Source: Candidatus Omnitrophota bacterium
GTDB taxonomy: Bacteria; Omnitrophota; Gorgyraeia; JAFGHF01
Direction: 5' to 3'
Assembly (NCBI GenBank): GCA_020341815.1
Contig: CP070837.1
Span: 216,209-280,208, forward strand
DNA length: 64,000 nucleotides
The notes under the pieces are model-generated. The model searched no databases and was not told where the DNA came from. It was given only the letters and a program-made list of their open reading frames with translations. Below are positions 36,238 through 46,177 of this stretch, piece by piece (position 1 is the stretch's first letter; each line of letters opens with the position of its first letter). The position numbers were made by a program, and so were the translations under genes.

Positions 36238-37458
36238 ATGAAGCTTTCCGATTACGAAGCGGTAGTGGGCAAAAATATTATCGAAGAACTGAGAGTTTTA
36301 GGCAAGCGTCTTACGGGAAAGGTGGTGCGTAACGTCAATTCCACCGCCGTCGGCGGAGGCGTAGCGGAGATTTTAAACCGCATGAATCCTCTTTTAAATG
36401 AAGTGGGGCTTCGCGCCCATTGGAGCGTAATCAAGGGAGGGGAGGAGTTCTTCTCCGTTACCAAAAAGTTTCATAATATGCTGCACGGAAAGGATGAGGC
36501 GCTTTCCGATAAGGAAATGGAACTATTTTTGCAGACAAGCGAAGAAAACCTGAAGAATATGGACCTTTCCGCCGACATCATATTTGTTCACGACCCCCAG
36601 CCTATTGTTTTGATTAAAAATAAATCCCGTTTTAAAAAAAGCAAGTGGATTTGGCGCTGCCATATCGATGTCTCCCAGCCCAATGCACAGGTATGGAATT
36701 TTTTAAAAGATTATGTCGAGCAATATGATGCCTCGGTCTTTTCTTCGCCCAGTTTCGCCCAGATTTTAAAAATCAGGCAGTTTTTGATTTCCCCCTCAAT
36801 CGACCCCTTGAGCGACAAAAATAAAGAATTGAGTAAAGAAAAAATAGAAGAAGTGCTTAAACACTTCGGCATTGCTCAGGGTAAGCCGATTATTGCCCAG
36901 ATTTCCCGCTTCGATTATCTCAAAGATCCCGTGGGCGTAATTGATGTTTATCGGCTGGTAAAAAAATATATAGATTGCCAGTTGGTTTTAGCCGGAGGCA
37001 CCGCCACCGATGACCCGGAATCAAGTAAGGTTTTGGCCGAAGTAATGGAGCGGGCAAAGGGAGATAATGATATTCACGTCCTGGCCATTCCCGCAGCAAG
37101 CGATATAGAAATAAATGCCCTGCAGAGAGCCGCCGATGTAGTATTACAGAAGTCTATCCGCGAAGGCTTTGCCCTTACGGTTACCGAGGCCCTCTGGAAG
37201 GCCAAGCCCGTAGTGGCTTCGGCGGTGGGAGGCATTCCTTTACAGATAAAACATAAATACAGCGGGCTTCTTTCGCGGACAATAGAAGGCACCGCCTACT
37301 GGGTAAAACAGCTCCTGAACAGCCCTGCCTACGCCAAAAGATTAGGCCAGAGCGGGCGGGCCTACATTAAACAGAACTTCCTGCTTACCCGCCACTTGAG
37401 AGATTATCTTCTTTTATTCCTGGCGCTATATCATACAGAAGATATTATAAATATATAA
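36238..37458 (+). CDS. GT4-family glycosyltransferase, TreT-like (trehalose glycosyltransferring synthase) candidate
   Basis: 406 aa. NSTAVGGGVAEIL N-terminal motif reminiscent of TreT. GT-B C-terminal domain. Confidence 0.5.
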   Translation: MKLSDYEAVVGKNIIEELRVLGKRLTGKVVRNVNSTAVGGGVAEILNRMNPLLNEVGLRAHWSVIKGGEEFFSVTKKFHNMLHGKDEALSDKEMELFLQTSEENLKNMDLSADIIFVHDPQPIVLIKNKSRFKKSKWIWRCHIDVSQPNAQVWNFLKDYVEQYDASVFSSPSFAQILKIRQFLISPSIDPLSDKNKELSKEKIEEVLKHFGIAQGKPIIAQISRFDYLKDPVGVIDVYRLVKKYIDCQLVLAGGTATDDPESSKVLAEVMERAKGDNDIHVLAIPAASDIEINALQRAADVVLQKSIREGFALTVTEALWKAKPVVASAVGGIPLQIKHKYSGLLSRTIEGTAYWVKQLLNSPAYAKRLGQSGRAYIKQNFLLTRHLRDYLLLFLALYHTEDIINI

Positions 37459-37463
37459 CAGTT

Positions 37464-38087
37464 GTGAAGACCAAAATTATAAAGATAGACCCGGAGAATA
37501 TAGAATTAGCCAAGATTAAAAAGGCGGCAGAAGTTATTAAAAAAGGCGGGATTGTTGCCTTTCCCACAGAGACTGTTTACGGATTGGCAGCGGATTTCTT
37601 TAATAAAGAGGCAGTGGAAAGAATTTATAAGATAAAAAAGCGCCCTAAGGATAAACCTTTAAGTGTTCAGATAGAAGATATTTCTTATTTAGAAAAATTG
37701 GCCTGCGGTATTCCTACCTCCGCTTATCAACTAATGAGCAAGTTCTGGCCCGGGCCTTTAACTTTAGTTTTACCTGCCCGCCCTGAATATGACAAAACAG
37801 GAGGGACAATCGGCGTGCGCATTCCCGATAGCAAAATTGCCCAAAGTCTATTGAAAGAATGCTCTACTCCCCTGGTGGCCCCCAGCGCCAATGTCTCAGG
37901 CGAGCCTGCTGCTACCACGGCGCCTGAAGTATCACGTTATTTTGACGGCCTCATAGAGATGATTATCGATGGCGGTAAAGCAAAATTAGGCGTAGCCTCC
38001 ACAGTCCTGGATTTGACCGCCTCTCCTTATAAAATATTGAGAGAAGGGGCAATTACTCAAAAGGATATCCAGAGTGTCTGCAATTAA
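37464..38087 (+). CDS. tsaC: L-threonylcarbamoyladenylate synthase (YrdC/TsaC)
   Basis: 207 aa, GTG start. FPTETVYGLAAD and SANVSG motifs. Confidence 0.8.
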   Translation: MKTKIIKIDPENIELAKIKKAAEVIKKGGIVAFPTETVYGLAADFFNKEAVERIYKIKKRPKDKPLSVQIEDISYLEKLACGIPTSAYQLMSKFWPGPLTLVLPARPEYDKTGGTIGVRIPDSKIAQSLLKECSTPLVAPSANVSGEPAATTAPEVSRYFDGLIEMIIDGGKAKLGVASTVLDLTASPYKILREGAITQKDIQSVCN

Positions 38088-38556
38088 GACAATTCTTTTG
38101 GTCTGCACAGGCAACAGCTGCCGCAGCGTAATGGCTGCGGGCCTCCTGAAGAAGATGTTAAAAGACAAAGGCGATTACAGGATAATGACTGCGGGAACAA
38201 TGGCAATAAGAGGAATACGCCCCAGCCCCGGGGCAGTTGAGGTTATGGCAGAGGAAGGTATTGATATAAGCGGGCATTATGGGCAGCCATTGAGTGATGA
38301 AATGTTGCGTCAGGCCGATTTAATTTTGGTGATGGAGGAGAGGCAAAAGGAAAATATCTTAATGCATTACGGTGATGTTGAGCACAAAGTACATTTATTA
38401 AGTGAATTTGGCAGGATTGCCAACGAAAATAAATTGGTTGACCCGAATATTCCCGACCCCATCGGCAAGTCTTTGGATTTCTACCGCAAGGTTTATAGTA
38501 TTATTAAAGAAGGCATTACGCGCACAGTAAAGAAATTAGAAGAGGAGGAAAAGTGA
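38074..38556 (+). CDS. Low-molecular-weight protein-tyrosine phosphatase
   Basis: VCTGNSCRS P-loop (CX5R). DP motif near the C-terminus. TGA stop lies in repeat copy D. Confidence 0.8.
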   Translation: MSAIKTILLVCTGNSCRSVMAAGLLKKMLKDKGDYRIMTAGTMAIRGIRPSPGAVEVMAEEGIDISGHYGQPLSDEMLRQADLILVMEERQKENILMHYGDVEHKVHLLSEFGRIANENKLVDPNIPDPIGKSLDFYRKVYSIIKEGITRTVKKLEEEEK

Positions 38557-38630
38557 ACCCCGCCCTTACAAAACATCAGAAGGACGGGGCTAACGCTTTG
38601 ACATTACGAAGAAAGGAAGGGCGGGGTGAA
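38554..38630. repeat. MITE-like intergenic repeat, copy D (short form)
   Basis: 77 bp: TGAACCCCGCCCTTAC ... GGAAGGGCGGGGTGAA. Its internal CTAACGCTTTGACATTACGAAGAAA segment is shared with copy E. Supplies the stop of the PTP gene and RBS/GTG of rpiB. Confidence 0.85.
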
Positions 38631-39111
38631 GATTGCTATCGGCGCTGACCACGGCGGATATAAAATGAAAAATGGACTGGTAAAATTCCTCAAAACAAAA
38701 GGCTTTGCCCTTGCCGATATGGGAACGCATAACGCCGAGTCTTGCGATTATCCCGCTATCGGCTACAAGGTCGCCGCCAGCGTATCAAGCGGGCAATTTC
38801 CGCGGGGAATATTGATTTGCAAAACAGGGGTCGGTTTTTCCATAGTAGCGAATAAGCTTCCCGGGGTGCGCGCGGCGCTTTGCCTCAAAGCATCTCAAGC
38901 CCGCTTAAGCCGCGAGCATAATAACTCCAATATCCTTATCCTGGCAGCCAATTACCTGAACATAAAGGAAGCTTCACGGATTGTCGATGCCTGGTTGAAG
39001 GCTGAGTTTTCCCCGCGGTCTCGCCATGGCCGCAGGGTGAGGCAAATTGCTAATATAGAGAGAAAGTTGAAGAAGTTAAAATTATCAGGAGTCAAAAGAT
39101 GCATTGCTTAA
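38626..39111 (+). CDS. rpiB: Ribose-5-phosphate isomerase B
   Basis: [11 protein letters not shown]. RpiB/LacAB fold. Confidence 0.8.
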   Translation: MKIAIGADHGGYKMKNGLVKFLKTKGFALADMGTHNAESCDYPAIGYKVAASVSSGQFPRGILICKTGVGFSIVANKLPGVRAALCLKASQARLSREHNNSNILILAANYLNIKEASRIVDAWLKAEFSPRSRHGRRVRQIANIERKLKKLKLSGVKRCIA

Positions 39112-40346
39112 AGACGATGGACCCGCAGGTATATAAGGCAATTGCCGCTGAAGTTAAAAGGGAGCGCAATACTATAGACCTGATTGCCAGCGAAAACTTT
39201 ACTCACCCGGCAATTCTGGAAGCCCAGGGCTCGGTGATGACAAATAAATATGCCGAGGGGTATCCTTCGGCGCGCTGGTATGACGGCTGCGAATATGTGG
39301 ATGTAGCGGAGAATTTGGCCAGGGACAGGGCAAAGAAGATATTTGGCGCCGAGCATATAAACGTCCAGCCCCATTCCGGCACCCAGGCCAATATGGCCGT
39401 ATATTTTGCTATGCTTAAGCCGGGTGATACGGTTTTAGCAATGGATTTAGCTTGCGGGGGACACCTATCTCACGGCCATCGCCAGAACTTCTCCGGGAAA
39501 TATTTTAATATTGTCTCTTACGGCGTAAATAAAGAAGACGAGAGAATAGATTATAATGAGGTGGAAAGTCTCGCCCTGAAGCATAAACCCAAGATGATTC
39601 TGGCGGGGGCCTCGGCCTATTCCAGGGTTATCGATTTTGCCCAGTTTCGTAGAATTGCCGATAAGGTTGGGGCTTTTATTTTAGCCGATATCGCCCATAT
39701 TGCCGGCCTCATAGCCTGTAAGCTTCATCCTTCGCCCGTTCCGCATGCCGAGTTTGTCACTACCACTACCCATAAGACCTTGCGCGGACCCCGGGGCGGA
39801 ATGATAATGTGCCGGAAAGAATTTGCCAAAAAAATAGACAGCGAGGTTTTTCCGGGTATTCAAGGGGGGCCCCTGATGCATGCTATCGCGGCAAAGGCCG
39901 TAGCCTTTAAGCTTGCGCTTGAGCCTGAGTTTAAGGATTATCAAAAAAGCATAATTGCCAATGCCAAAAGATTGGCTAGTGAATTACAAAAGAGGGGTTT
40001 GCGTATTGTCTCCGGCGGAACAGACAATCACCTGCTCCTTGTGGACTTAAGAGCTAAAAAGATAAACGGAAAAGAGGCCGCTTCCAGTCTTCACAAGGCC
40101 AATATCGTGGTAAATAAGAACTTGATTCCTTTTGACCCTCTGGGGGCAAGGCTGACCAGCGGCTTAAGATTAGGCACCCCTTCTGTCAGCGCCAGAGGAA
40201 TGAAGGAGGATGAGATGACCCAGATAGCCTGTCTAATGGACGGGGTTTTGTCCTCTTGCGAGGACAAAAAGACAATAGAGATGACCAAACAGGAAGTAGT
40301 TAAACTTACCAAAAAGTTCCCTTTATATAAGGAGCTCACAGCGTGA
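39099..40346 (+). CDS. glyA: Serine hydroxymethyltransferase
   Basis: [24 protein letters not shown]-lysine motif. Confidence 0.9.
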   Translation: MHCLKTMDPQVYKAIAAEVKRERNTIDLIASENFTHPAILEAQGSVMTNKYAEGYPSARWYDGCEYVDVAENLARDRAKKIFGAEHINVQPHSGTQANMAVYFAMLKPGDTVLAMDLACGGHLSHGHRQNFSGKYFNIVSYGVNKEDERIDYNEVESLALKHKPKMILAGASAYSRVIDFAQFRRIADKVGAFILADIAHIAGLIACKLHPSPVPHAEFVTTTTHKTLRGPRGGMIMCRKEFAKKIDSEVFPGIQGGPLMHAIAAKAVAFKLALEPEFKDYQKSIIANAKRLASELQKRGLRIVSGGTDNHLLLVDLRAKKINGKEAASSLHKANIVVNKNLIPFDPLGARLTSGLRLGTPSVSARGMKEDEMTQIACLMDGVLSSCEDKKTIEMTKQEVVKLTKKFPLYKELTA

Positions 40347-40813
40347 AAACCGAAAGCAAAATGAAAAAAGATGCCCGCCCCAGCTGGGATGAATATTTTT
40401 TGGAGATTGCCGGGATTGTCTGCAAACGCTCTACCTGCTTGCGCAGAAAAGTGGGTGCTTTAATTGTAAAGGGAAGGCGCATCCTGGCTACCGGTTATAA
40501 CGGCACACCCAGCGGAATAAAGCATTGTGCTGAAGTAGGCTGCCTGCGCACAAGGCTTAATATTCCTTCAGGCCAGAGGCATGAGCTCTGTAACGGCTTG
40601 CATGCCGAGCAGAATGTCCTTTTGCAGGCGGCACTTTACGGGATTAGTTTAAGAGAGAGCAGTCTTTATGTTACCCATCAGCCCTGTATCATTTGTGCCA
40701 AAATGATTATCAATGCCGGGATAACGGAAGTAGTTATTGCCGGTGAATATCCCGATGAGATGGCCCGCAGATTTCTGGATGAGGCGGGAATAAAGGTGCG
40801 TAGGGTGGGATGA
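40343..40813 (+). CDS. dCMP deaminase / ComEB-family cytidine-deoxycytidylate deaminase
   Basis: HAEQNVL ... PCIICAK zinc-binding motifs. Confidence 0.8.
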   Translation: MKTESKMKKDARPSWDEYFLEIAGIVCKRSTCLRRKVGALIVKGRRILATGYNGTPSGIKHCAEVGCLRTRLNIPSGQRHELCNGLHAEQNVLLQAALYGISLRESSLYVTHQPCIICAKMIINAGITEVVIAGEYPDEMARRFLDEAGIKVRRVG

Positions 40814-40899
40814 GTCCGAAAAATCGCATTTTTTGACAGAAATAAAGCTAAAAACACAAAGAGAGAAAGTTAGCTATTAATTATTAAGCATAAAATATT

Positions 40900-41661
40900 A
40901 TGGAAAAAATAAAAACAACTCTTAGAAAGTTAATAGAAGAAGCTGGAGTTTTGCTAAAAACTTCTAGTAAACAGGAATTAGCTTTTCAAAAAGCCCATCG
41001 TTGGGTTGAGCGAAGTGAAATATTATTGAAGAAATATTTTTCTGCCGAGGAAGCCAATAAATTCAAAAATACAAGAGGTGGTATTCGAATGGGTGATCCA
41101 TGGGGGAACCTTCATAGAATGATAAAACCAAAAATATCTTTCCTTGAAGTTTTACAAGAAGAACTTGAAATCCATCCTGATTTTTGGAAAGAAGAATTAA
41201 ATAGTGATTTAAATGAAAGTAATAAAAATGACTATCGCGAAGGTTTCTTTATAAACGGACAATATTATGAAGCACAAAAAATTATCCGTAAAATGGTTTT
41301 ATCTGCAAAAAAGTCGATTTATCTTATTGACAATTATATAGACGAAAATGTTTTAGATTTATTGACAGACAAAGAATCATCGGTGATTGTCAATATATTA
41401 ACTAGATCCATCAAGCCCTCTCTTAAGGCTGCTGCACAAGCATTTAATAAACAATATGGCGGAATGCAAGTAAGAACATCAAATAATTTTCACGATAGAT
41501 TTATAATAATAGATGATTTAACTTTATATCATTTAGGAGCGTCGATTAAAGATTTAGGAAATTTATCTTTTATGTTTTCCTTAATTGAAGAAAAAGCAAT
41601 AATAAATATGTTGACAAAAAAATGGAATAAAGAATGGAAGCAAGCAACAACTATTGTATAA
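40900..41661 (+). CDS. PLD-like (HKD-superfamily) domain protein with unknown N-terminal domain; AT-rich island gene 1
   Basis: 253 aa. C-terminal half shows the PLD pattern AKKSIYLIDNYI..VLDLL...VIVNILT then HDRFIIIDD...GAS (HxRxxxxD in place of HxKxxxxD). Local GC about 30% against about 47% genome. Confidence 0.5.
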   Translation: MEKIKTTLRKLIEEAGVLLKTSSKQELAFQKAHRWVERSEILLKKYFSAEEANKFKNTRGGIRMGDPWGNLHRMIKPKISFLEVLQEELEIHPDFWKEELNSDLNESNKNDYREGFFINGQYYEAQKIIRKMVLSAKKSIYLIDNYIDENVLDLLTDKESSVIVNILTRSIKPSLKAAAQAFNKQYGGMQVRTSNNFHDRFIIIDDLTLYHLGASIKDLGNLSFMFSLIEEKAIINMLTKKWNKEWKQATTIV

Positions 41662-41685
41662 ATAACAATTTAGCAACTCGTTGTA

Positions 41686-42147
41686 GTGAATCTAACAAGG
41701 CAGCATTTTAGGTCGCTGATTTCAAATATTGTAGGAAAAGAAATGCCCAATCCATTTAATCCATTAGACTGGTTAACTGCTGCTCAAAATTGGTTTGCCA
41801 GAACAGAAAAATCTAGTGGTTTCCGACCATATCTCATACTTTTAATATTAGTTTTCGGTCTCGCTATGATACTTCTAACTTTCTTTAATAAAGAAGGAGA
41901 ATTTACAAGCTTTATTATTTTACTTATTTCGATACCGCTTGGCATTTTTATCTTACTCTATATTATAAAGTGTTTTCAAGATCCAAACTTTTGTAGATCA
42001 GAAAAACATATAGAAACTGTTCGCCGTATTGAACTTATGCAACAAAAAGGAGAATCTAGACCAACTATAATAAAAACAGAACATATAGAATTAATTTCAA
42101 AACCAAAACATCCATCTTTACCTCCATCCAAAGGAGGTGCTAAATGA
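41686..42147 (+). CDS. Small membrane protein (2 predicted TM helices); island gene 2
   Basis: 153 aa. Hydrophobic segments YLILLILVFGLAMILLTFF and FIILLISIPLGIFILLYII. AT-rich. Confidence 0.5.
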   Translation: MNLTRQHFRSLISNIVGKEMPNPFNPLDWLTAAQNWFARTEKSSGFRPYLILLILVFGLAMILLTFFNKEGEFTSFIILLISIPLGIFILLYIIKCFQDPNFCRSEKHIETVRRIELMQQKGESRPTIIKTEHIELISKPKHPSLPPSKGGAK

Positions 42148-42428
42148 AAAAAGCATATCTCCTTACATTTAGCAATAGCTTAGGAACGCAAGAGGAAGTG
42201 AAAGAATGTTTAGATACAATTTCTGCAGTAGAAATTTGGCGTTATGATATGCTAAATGCTTTCTATATTATTTCTGAAGATAATGCAGAAAGAATATTTA
42301 ATCAAATTAAAAGACATTTTAATAATAATGGAAGATTTATAATCGCCGAAATTACTGATAATAGTCAAGGCTGGCTAACCAATAAATCATGGTATCTAAT
42401 TGAAAACAAAGAGATTAAAGAAGGTTAA
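42144..42428 (+). CDS. Hypothetical 94-aa protein; island gene 3
   Basis: ATGA overlap with gene 2. AT-rich. No family motif recognised. Confidence 0.45.
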   Translation: MKKAYLLTFSNSLGTQEEVKECLDTISAVEIWRYDMLNAFYIISEDNAERIFNQIKRHFNNNGRFIIAEITDNSQGWLTNKSWYLIENKEIKEG

Positions 42429-42458
42429 AAATGCTTCTTATAAGGAGAATCAGAGGTA

Positions 42459-42914
42459 ATGAAATGTCCTTATTGCGCAAATCTGGAGGATAAAGTGGTG
42501 GATTCGCGCCTGGCGACAGAAGGCAGCTCCATCCGCCGCAGGCGGGAGTGCCTTAAGTGCCAGAGGCGCTTTACCACTTATGAATATATTGAAGGGACTC
42601 CTTTAATGGTGGTGAAGAAGGATTCGCGACGCGAGCCCTTTGAGCGCAAAAAGATTTTGGCAGGATTAGTCAAGGCCTGTGAAAAAAGGCCGATAAGCAT
42701 GCAGCAGCTGGAAGAGCTCGTAGATAAAATAGAGTTCACCCTGCAGAAGAATTATGATAAGGAAGTAAAGTCAAAAGATATCGGGGAGCTCCTGATGAAG
42801 ATGCTTAAGGAGCTCGATGAGATAGCTTATGTGCGCTTTGCTTCCGTATACCGCCAGTTTAAGGATATCAGCCAGTTTATGGAAATCTCCAGGAAATCCA
42901 GGCACGAAGCTTAA
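42459..42914 (+). CDS. nrdR: Transcriptional repressor NrdR
   Basis: MKCPYC...C.KC zinc ribbon plus ATP-cone. Confidence 0.85.
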   Translation: MKCPYCANLEDKVVDSRLATEGSSIRRRRECLKCQRRFTTYEYIEGTPLMVVKKDSRREPFERKKILAGLVKACEKRPISMQQLEELVDKIEFTLQKNYDKEVKSKDIGELLMKMLKELDEIAYVRFASVYRQFKDISQFMEISRKSRHEA

Positions 42915-42922
42915 GGACCCCA

Positions 42923-45829
42923 GTGGCCATAAACCTTGAAGAGCAAATATTGAGCGGCCTTAATGCCGCGCAGAAAGAAGCGGCCCGGCATGACAAGGGG
43001 CCTCTTTTGATTATTGCCGGAGCCGGCACCGGAAAGACCGCAGTGATTACCCGCCGCATCGCCCACCTTATTTCCACAAAGCGCGCCCGTCCTGAAGAGA
43101 TATTGGCTTTGACCTTCACCGATAAGGCCGCCTCCGAGATGGAGGAGAGGGTGGACATGCTTGTGCCTTATGGCTATACCGATATCTGGATTTCTACATT
43201 TCACGCCTTCGGCGATCGCATCCTGCGCGAGAATGCATTGGAGTTGGGTCTGGATCCGGAATTTCAGGTTTTAACCCGTCCCGAACAACTCATCTTTTTA
43301 AAAGAGCACCTCTATGATTTTAATCTGGATTACTATTCTCCCAAAAGCGACCCCACCCGTTTTCTGGAGGCGCTTTTGGCCCTGTTTAGCCGCTTAAGAG
43401 ACGAAGATGTTTCCTGGGAGGAGTATCTAAAATATGCAAAAGGGCTGCAGGAAAAAGCCGACGGTAAAGAAGCAGAAGAAAATGCCAAAATACAAATGGA
43501 GCTGGCCTCGGCCTATGAGGTATATCAGAGACTCCTGATGCAGGAAGGCAAGGTGGATTTTGCCAATCAGGTGTATCTCGCCTTACATCTTTTGCGCCGG
43601 CACCCCTTAATACTTAAGCGCTACCAGAGGCAGTTTAAATATATCCTGGTGGATGAGTTTCAGGATACCAATTACGCTCAATTTCAGCTGGTGAGATTGT
43701 TGGCCGAAGGGCATAAAAATATTGTTGTCGTCGGAGACGATAACCAGTCTATCTTCAAATTCCGCGGGGCGGCCATCAGCAATATCCTTAACTTTATGGA
43801 ATATTATCCTCAGGCAAAAAGGATCGTCCTTACCGAGAATTATCGCTCGACCCAGACAATCCTGGATCAGGCATATCAATTGATAAAATATAACGACCCC
43901 GATACCTTAGAGGTAAAATGCAATATCAGCAAAAAATTAGTGGCCCGGGAAAACGAGGGCCCTTCCATTAAACACCTGCATTTTGATACGGGCGCCTCGG
44001 AAGCCGATGAAGTGGCGCGCCTGATTGAGGAAAAGGTAAGGCAGGGAAATCTCTCTTTCGGCGATATAGCAATTCTGGTGCGCTCCAATAATGATGCCGA
44101 AAGCTTCCTGCGCGCCTTGAATATGCGCTCTATCCCCTGGCGCTTCTCCGGAAACCAAGGACTTTATTCTCAAGAAGAGATTCGTTTTTTAATTTCTTTT
44201 TTACGCACTATCGCCAATCCCGATGACAGCGCAAGCCTCTATCATCTGGTGAGCTTTCCGGAAGTATATAATCTGGATATGGCCGATTTGACTCGCTGCC
44301 TTAACTGCGCCCATTATAAAAACCGCTCTTTATTTACCGTCTTTAGCCGCCTGGATGAGTTTGGCGAGCTTCGCGAAGTTTCAGAAGAGAGCAAAGCCCG
44401 GATAAAAAAGATTGTCGAGGACATCAATTATTATTTAAAAGAGGCAAGAAATCTTTCCACCGGAAGACTGCTTTATCTATTTTTACAGCAAAGCACCTAT
44501 CTTGAGAAATTGGTAAAGGAAGAAAGCTTAGTTAATGAGCAGCGCATCAAAAATATCGCCCGTTTCTTCAGTATTCTCAGCAACTCCGAAAACCTCTCCC
44601 AGGAGAATCGTCTTGCGTCTTTCATCCGCTATTTAGATATGCTGATTTCCTCCGGAGACGACCCGGCGCTACCTGAGGCCGATTTGGATTTGGATGCGGT
44701 CAATGTCCTGACCATACATAAGGCCAAGGGCTTGGAGTTTGAGATAGTCTTCATGGTGAATCTGGTCCAGGGGCGTTTCCCCTGGCCCAGAAGGCGCGAG
44801 AGCCTGGAAGTGCCTCTTGAGCTTATCAAAGATATTCTCCCCGCGGGGGATTATCATATTCAGGAGGAAAGAAGGCTCTTTTATGTGGGGATGACCCGGG
44901 CCAAGAAGGAGTTATATCTTACCTGTGCCCTTGATTACGGAGGAAAGCGCCTGCGTAAGGTGAGCCAGTTTGTGTTTGAGGCCCTGGGAAAGAGCCCGCA
45001 GAAACCTGAGATAATCAAGACCCAGGCCAAAGAGGAAATCGAGCGTTTTGCCCCCCGTGCGCCCGCACCCTTTTTAAAAGAAAAGCCCATGGCAGAAAGT
45101 GAGCTTTTGCAATTGAGCTTCCGCCAGATCGACGATTATCTCACCTGCCCCCTGAAATACAAATATGTGCACATTCTGCACATTCCCATTATGCGCCATC
45201 ACAGCGTGGTTTACGGCAGCGCAATTCATAAGGCAATCGTAAATTTCTATCAGGCTAAATTCAATAAAAAGAGCTTTACGGAAAATGATTTAATCAAAAG
45301 TTTTTCCGCGGCCTGGAAAAATGAGGGCTTTTTATCGCGCGACCACGAAGAGCAGAGATTTGCCCAGGGGCAAAAGACGCTTAAGCGCTTTTATGCCTCG
45401 GAAAAAGAAAAGGCCGCGCCGGCTTCCGTAGAAGAAAGCTTCAATTTCGTCCTGGGTAAAGATAAGATTGCCGGCCGCTGGGACAGGATTGACGGGGCAG
45501 GGAGTGAGGCGGTAATTATTGATTTTAAGACTTCCGATACAGTCAAGAAGCAGGAGCAGGCAGATAAGAAAGTTAAGGAGTCCCTGCAGCTTTCAATTTA
45601 TGCTCTGGCTTATCGTATAATTAAGGGTGAGCTTCCTTCCAGGGTCGAGTTGCATTTTGTAGATACGGGCCTGGTGGGCAGCGCCCGGCGCACAGAAAAG
45701 GATTTCGAAAAACTCGGGGAGCTGATTAAAGAGGCATCAGGCGGCATCAGGACAAGAAAGTTTCCGGCAAAGCCCGGATATTTTGCCTGCAATTATTGCG
45801 CATATCGTGAGGTCTGTCCTCATACTTAA
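42923..45829 (+). CDS. UvrD/PcrA-family ATP-dependent helicase fused to a C-terminal RecB/AddB-like PD-(D/E)xK nuclease domain with Cys cluster
   Basis: 968 aa, GTG start. Helicase motifs GAGTGKT, LVDEFQDTN, VGDDNQSIF, VLTIHKAKGLEF. C-terminal ..CPLKY...IIDFKT...CNYCAYREVCP. Confidence 0.75.
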   Translation: MAINLEEQILSGLNAAQKEAARHDKGPLLIIAGAGTGKTAVITRRIAHLISTKRARPEEILALTFTDKAASEMEERVDMLVPYGYTDIWISTFHAFGDRILRENALELGLDPEFQVLTRPEQLIFLKEHLYDFNLDYYSPKSDPTRFLEALLALFSRLRDEDVSWEEYLKYAKGLQEKADGKEAEENAKIQMELASAYEVYQRLLMQEGKVDFANQVYLALHLLRRHPLILKRYQRQFKYILVDEFQDTNYAQFQLVRLLAEGHKNIVVVGDDNQSIFKFRGAAISNILNFMEYYPQAKRIVLTENYRSTQTILDQAYQLIKYNDPDTLEVKCNISKKLVARENEGPSIKHLHFDTGASEADEVARLIEEKVRQGNLSFGDIAILVRSNNDAESFLRALNMRSIPWRFSGNQGLYSQEEIRFLISFLRTIANPDDSASLYHLVSFPEVYNLDMADLTRCLNCAHYKNRSLFTVFSRLDEFGELREVSEESKARIKKIVEDINYYLKEARNLSTGRLLYLFLQQSTYLEKLVKEESLVNEQRIKNIARFFSILSNSENLSQENRLASFIRYLDMLISSGDDPALPEADLDLDAVNVLTIHKAKGLEFEIVFMVNLVQGRFPWPRRRESLEVPLELIKDILPAGDYHIQEERRLFYVGMTRAKKELYLTCALDYGGKRLRKVSQFVFEALGKSPQKPEIIKTQAKEEIERFAPRAPAPFLKEKPMAESELLQLSFRQIDDYLTCPLKYKYVHILHIPIMRHHSVVYGSAIHKAIVNFYQAKFNKKSFTENDLIKSFSAAWKNEGFLSRDHEEQRFAQGQKTLKRFYASEKEKAAPASVEESFNFVLGKDKIAGRWDRIDGAGSEAVIIDFKTSDTVKKQEQADKKVKESLQLSIYALAYRIIKGELPSRVELHFVDTGLVGSARRTEKDFEKLGELIKEASGGIRTRKFPAKPGYFACNYCAYREVCPHT

Positions 45830-45955
45830 TCAGTATCTAGTATTTAGTATCTCGTATCTAGTCGATAGTATTTAGTAAAATAAAAACACTTATAAATATT
45901 AAAAATTATATAAAAAAGTTTTTAACTAGATACTAGCGACGAGCGACTAATAACT

Positions 45956-46159
45956 GTGAGGAACGCAGTGACGAACAATTGTCCACATTGCCAGAAGCCT
46001 ATATATGATGATGACGCCTTATTATGCCTTTATTGCGGCGAAAGCTTAAGCCGTGATGTGGGCGTTCTGGGAAAGCTAAAGTATTATCGCCCCAGGATAA
46101 TCATTGCACTTATAGTGCTTTTGATTGTATCGGCTTTTGTTATATTAATTATTAGATAA
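45956..46159 (+). CDS. Small zinc-ribbon membrane protein (67 aa)
   Basis: CPHC..(12)..CLYCG followed by one TM helix. GTG start. Preceded by a repeat-rich AT-rich leader. Confidence 0.45.
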   Translation: MRNAVTNNCPHCQKPIYDDDALLCLYCGESLSRDVGVLGKLKYYRPRIIIALIVLLIVSAFVILIIR

Positions 46160-46177
46160 AGAAAAGGAGAGATAAGG

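Noticed and set aside
45830-45955. Short direct repeats considered as a possible CRISPR array
   Set aside because: Only two imperfect 9-11 bp repeats with no unique spacers of regular length and no cas genes. Treated instead as a candidate operator.
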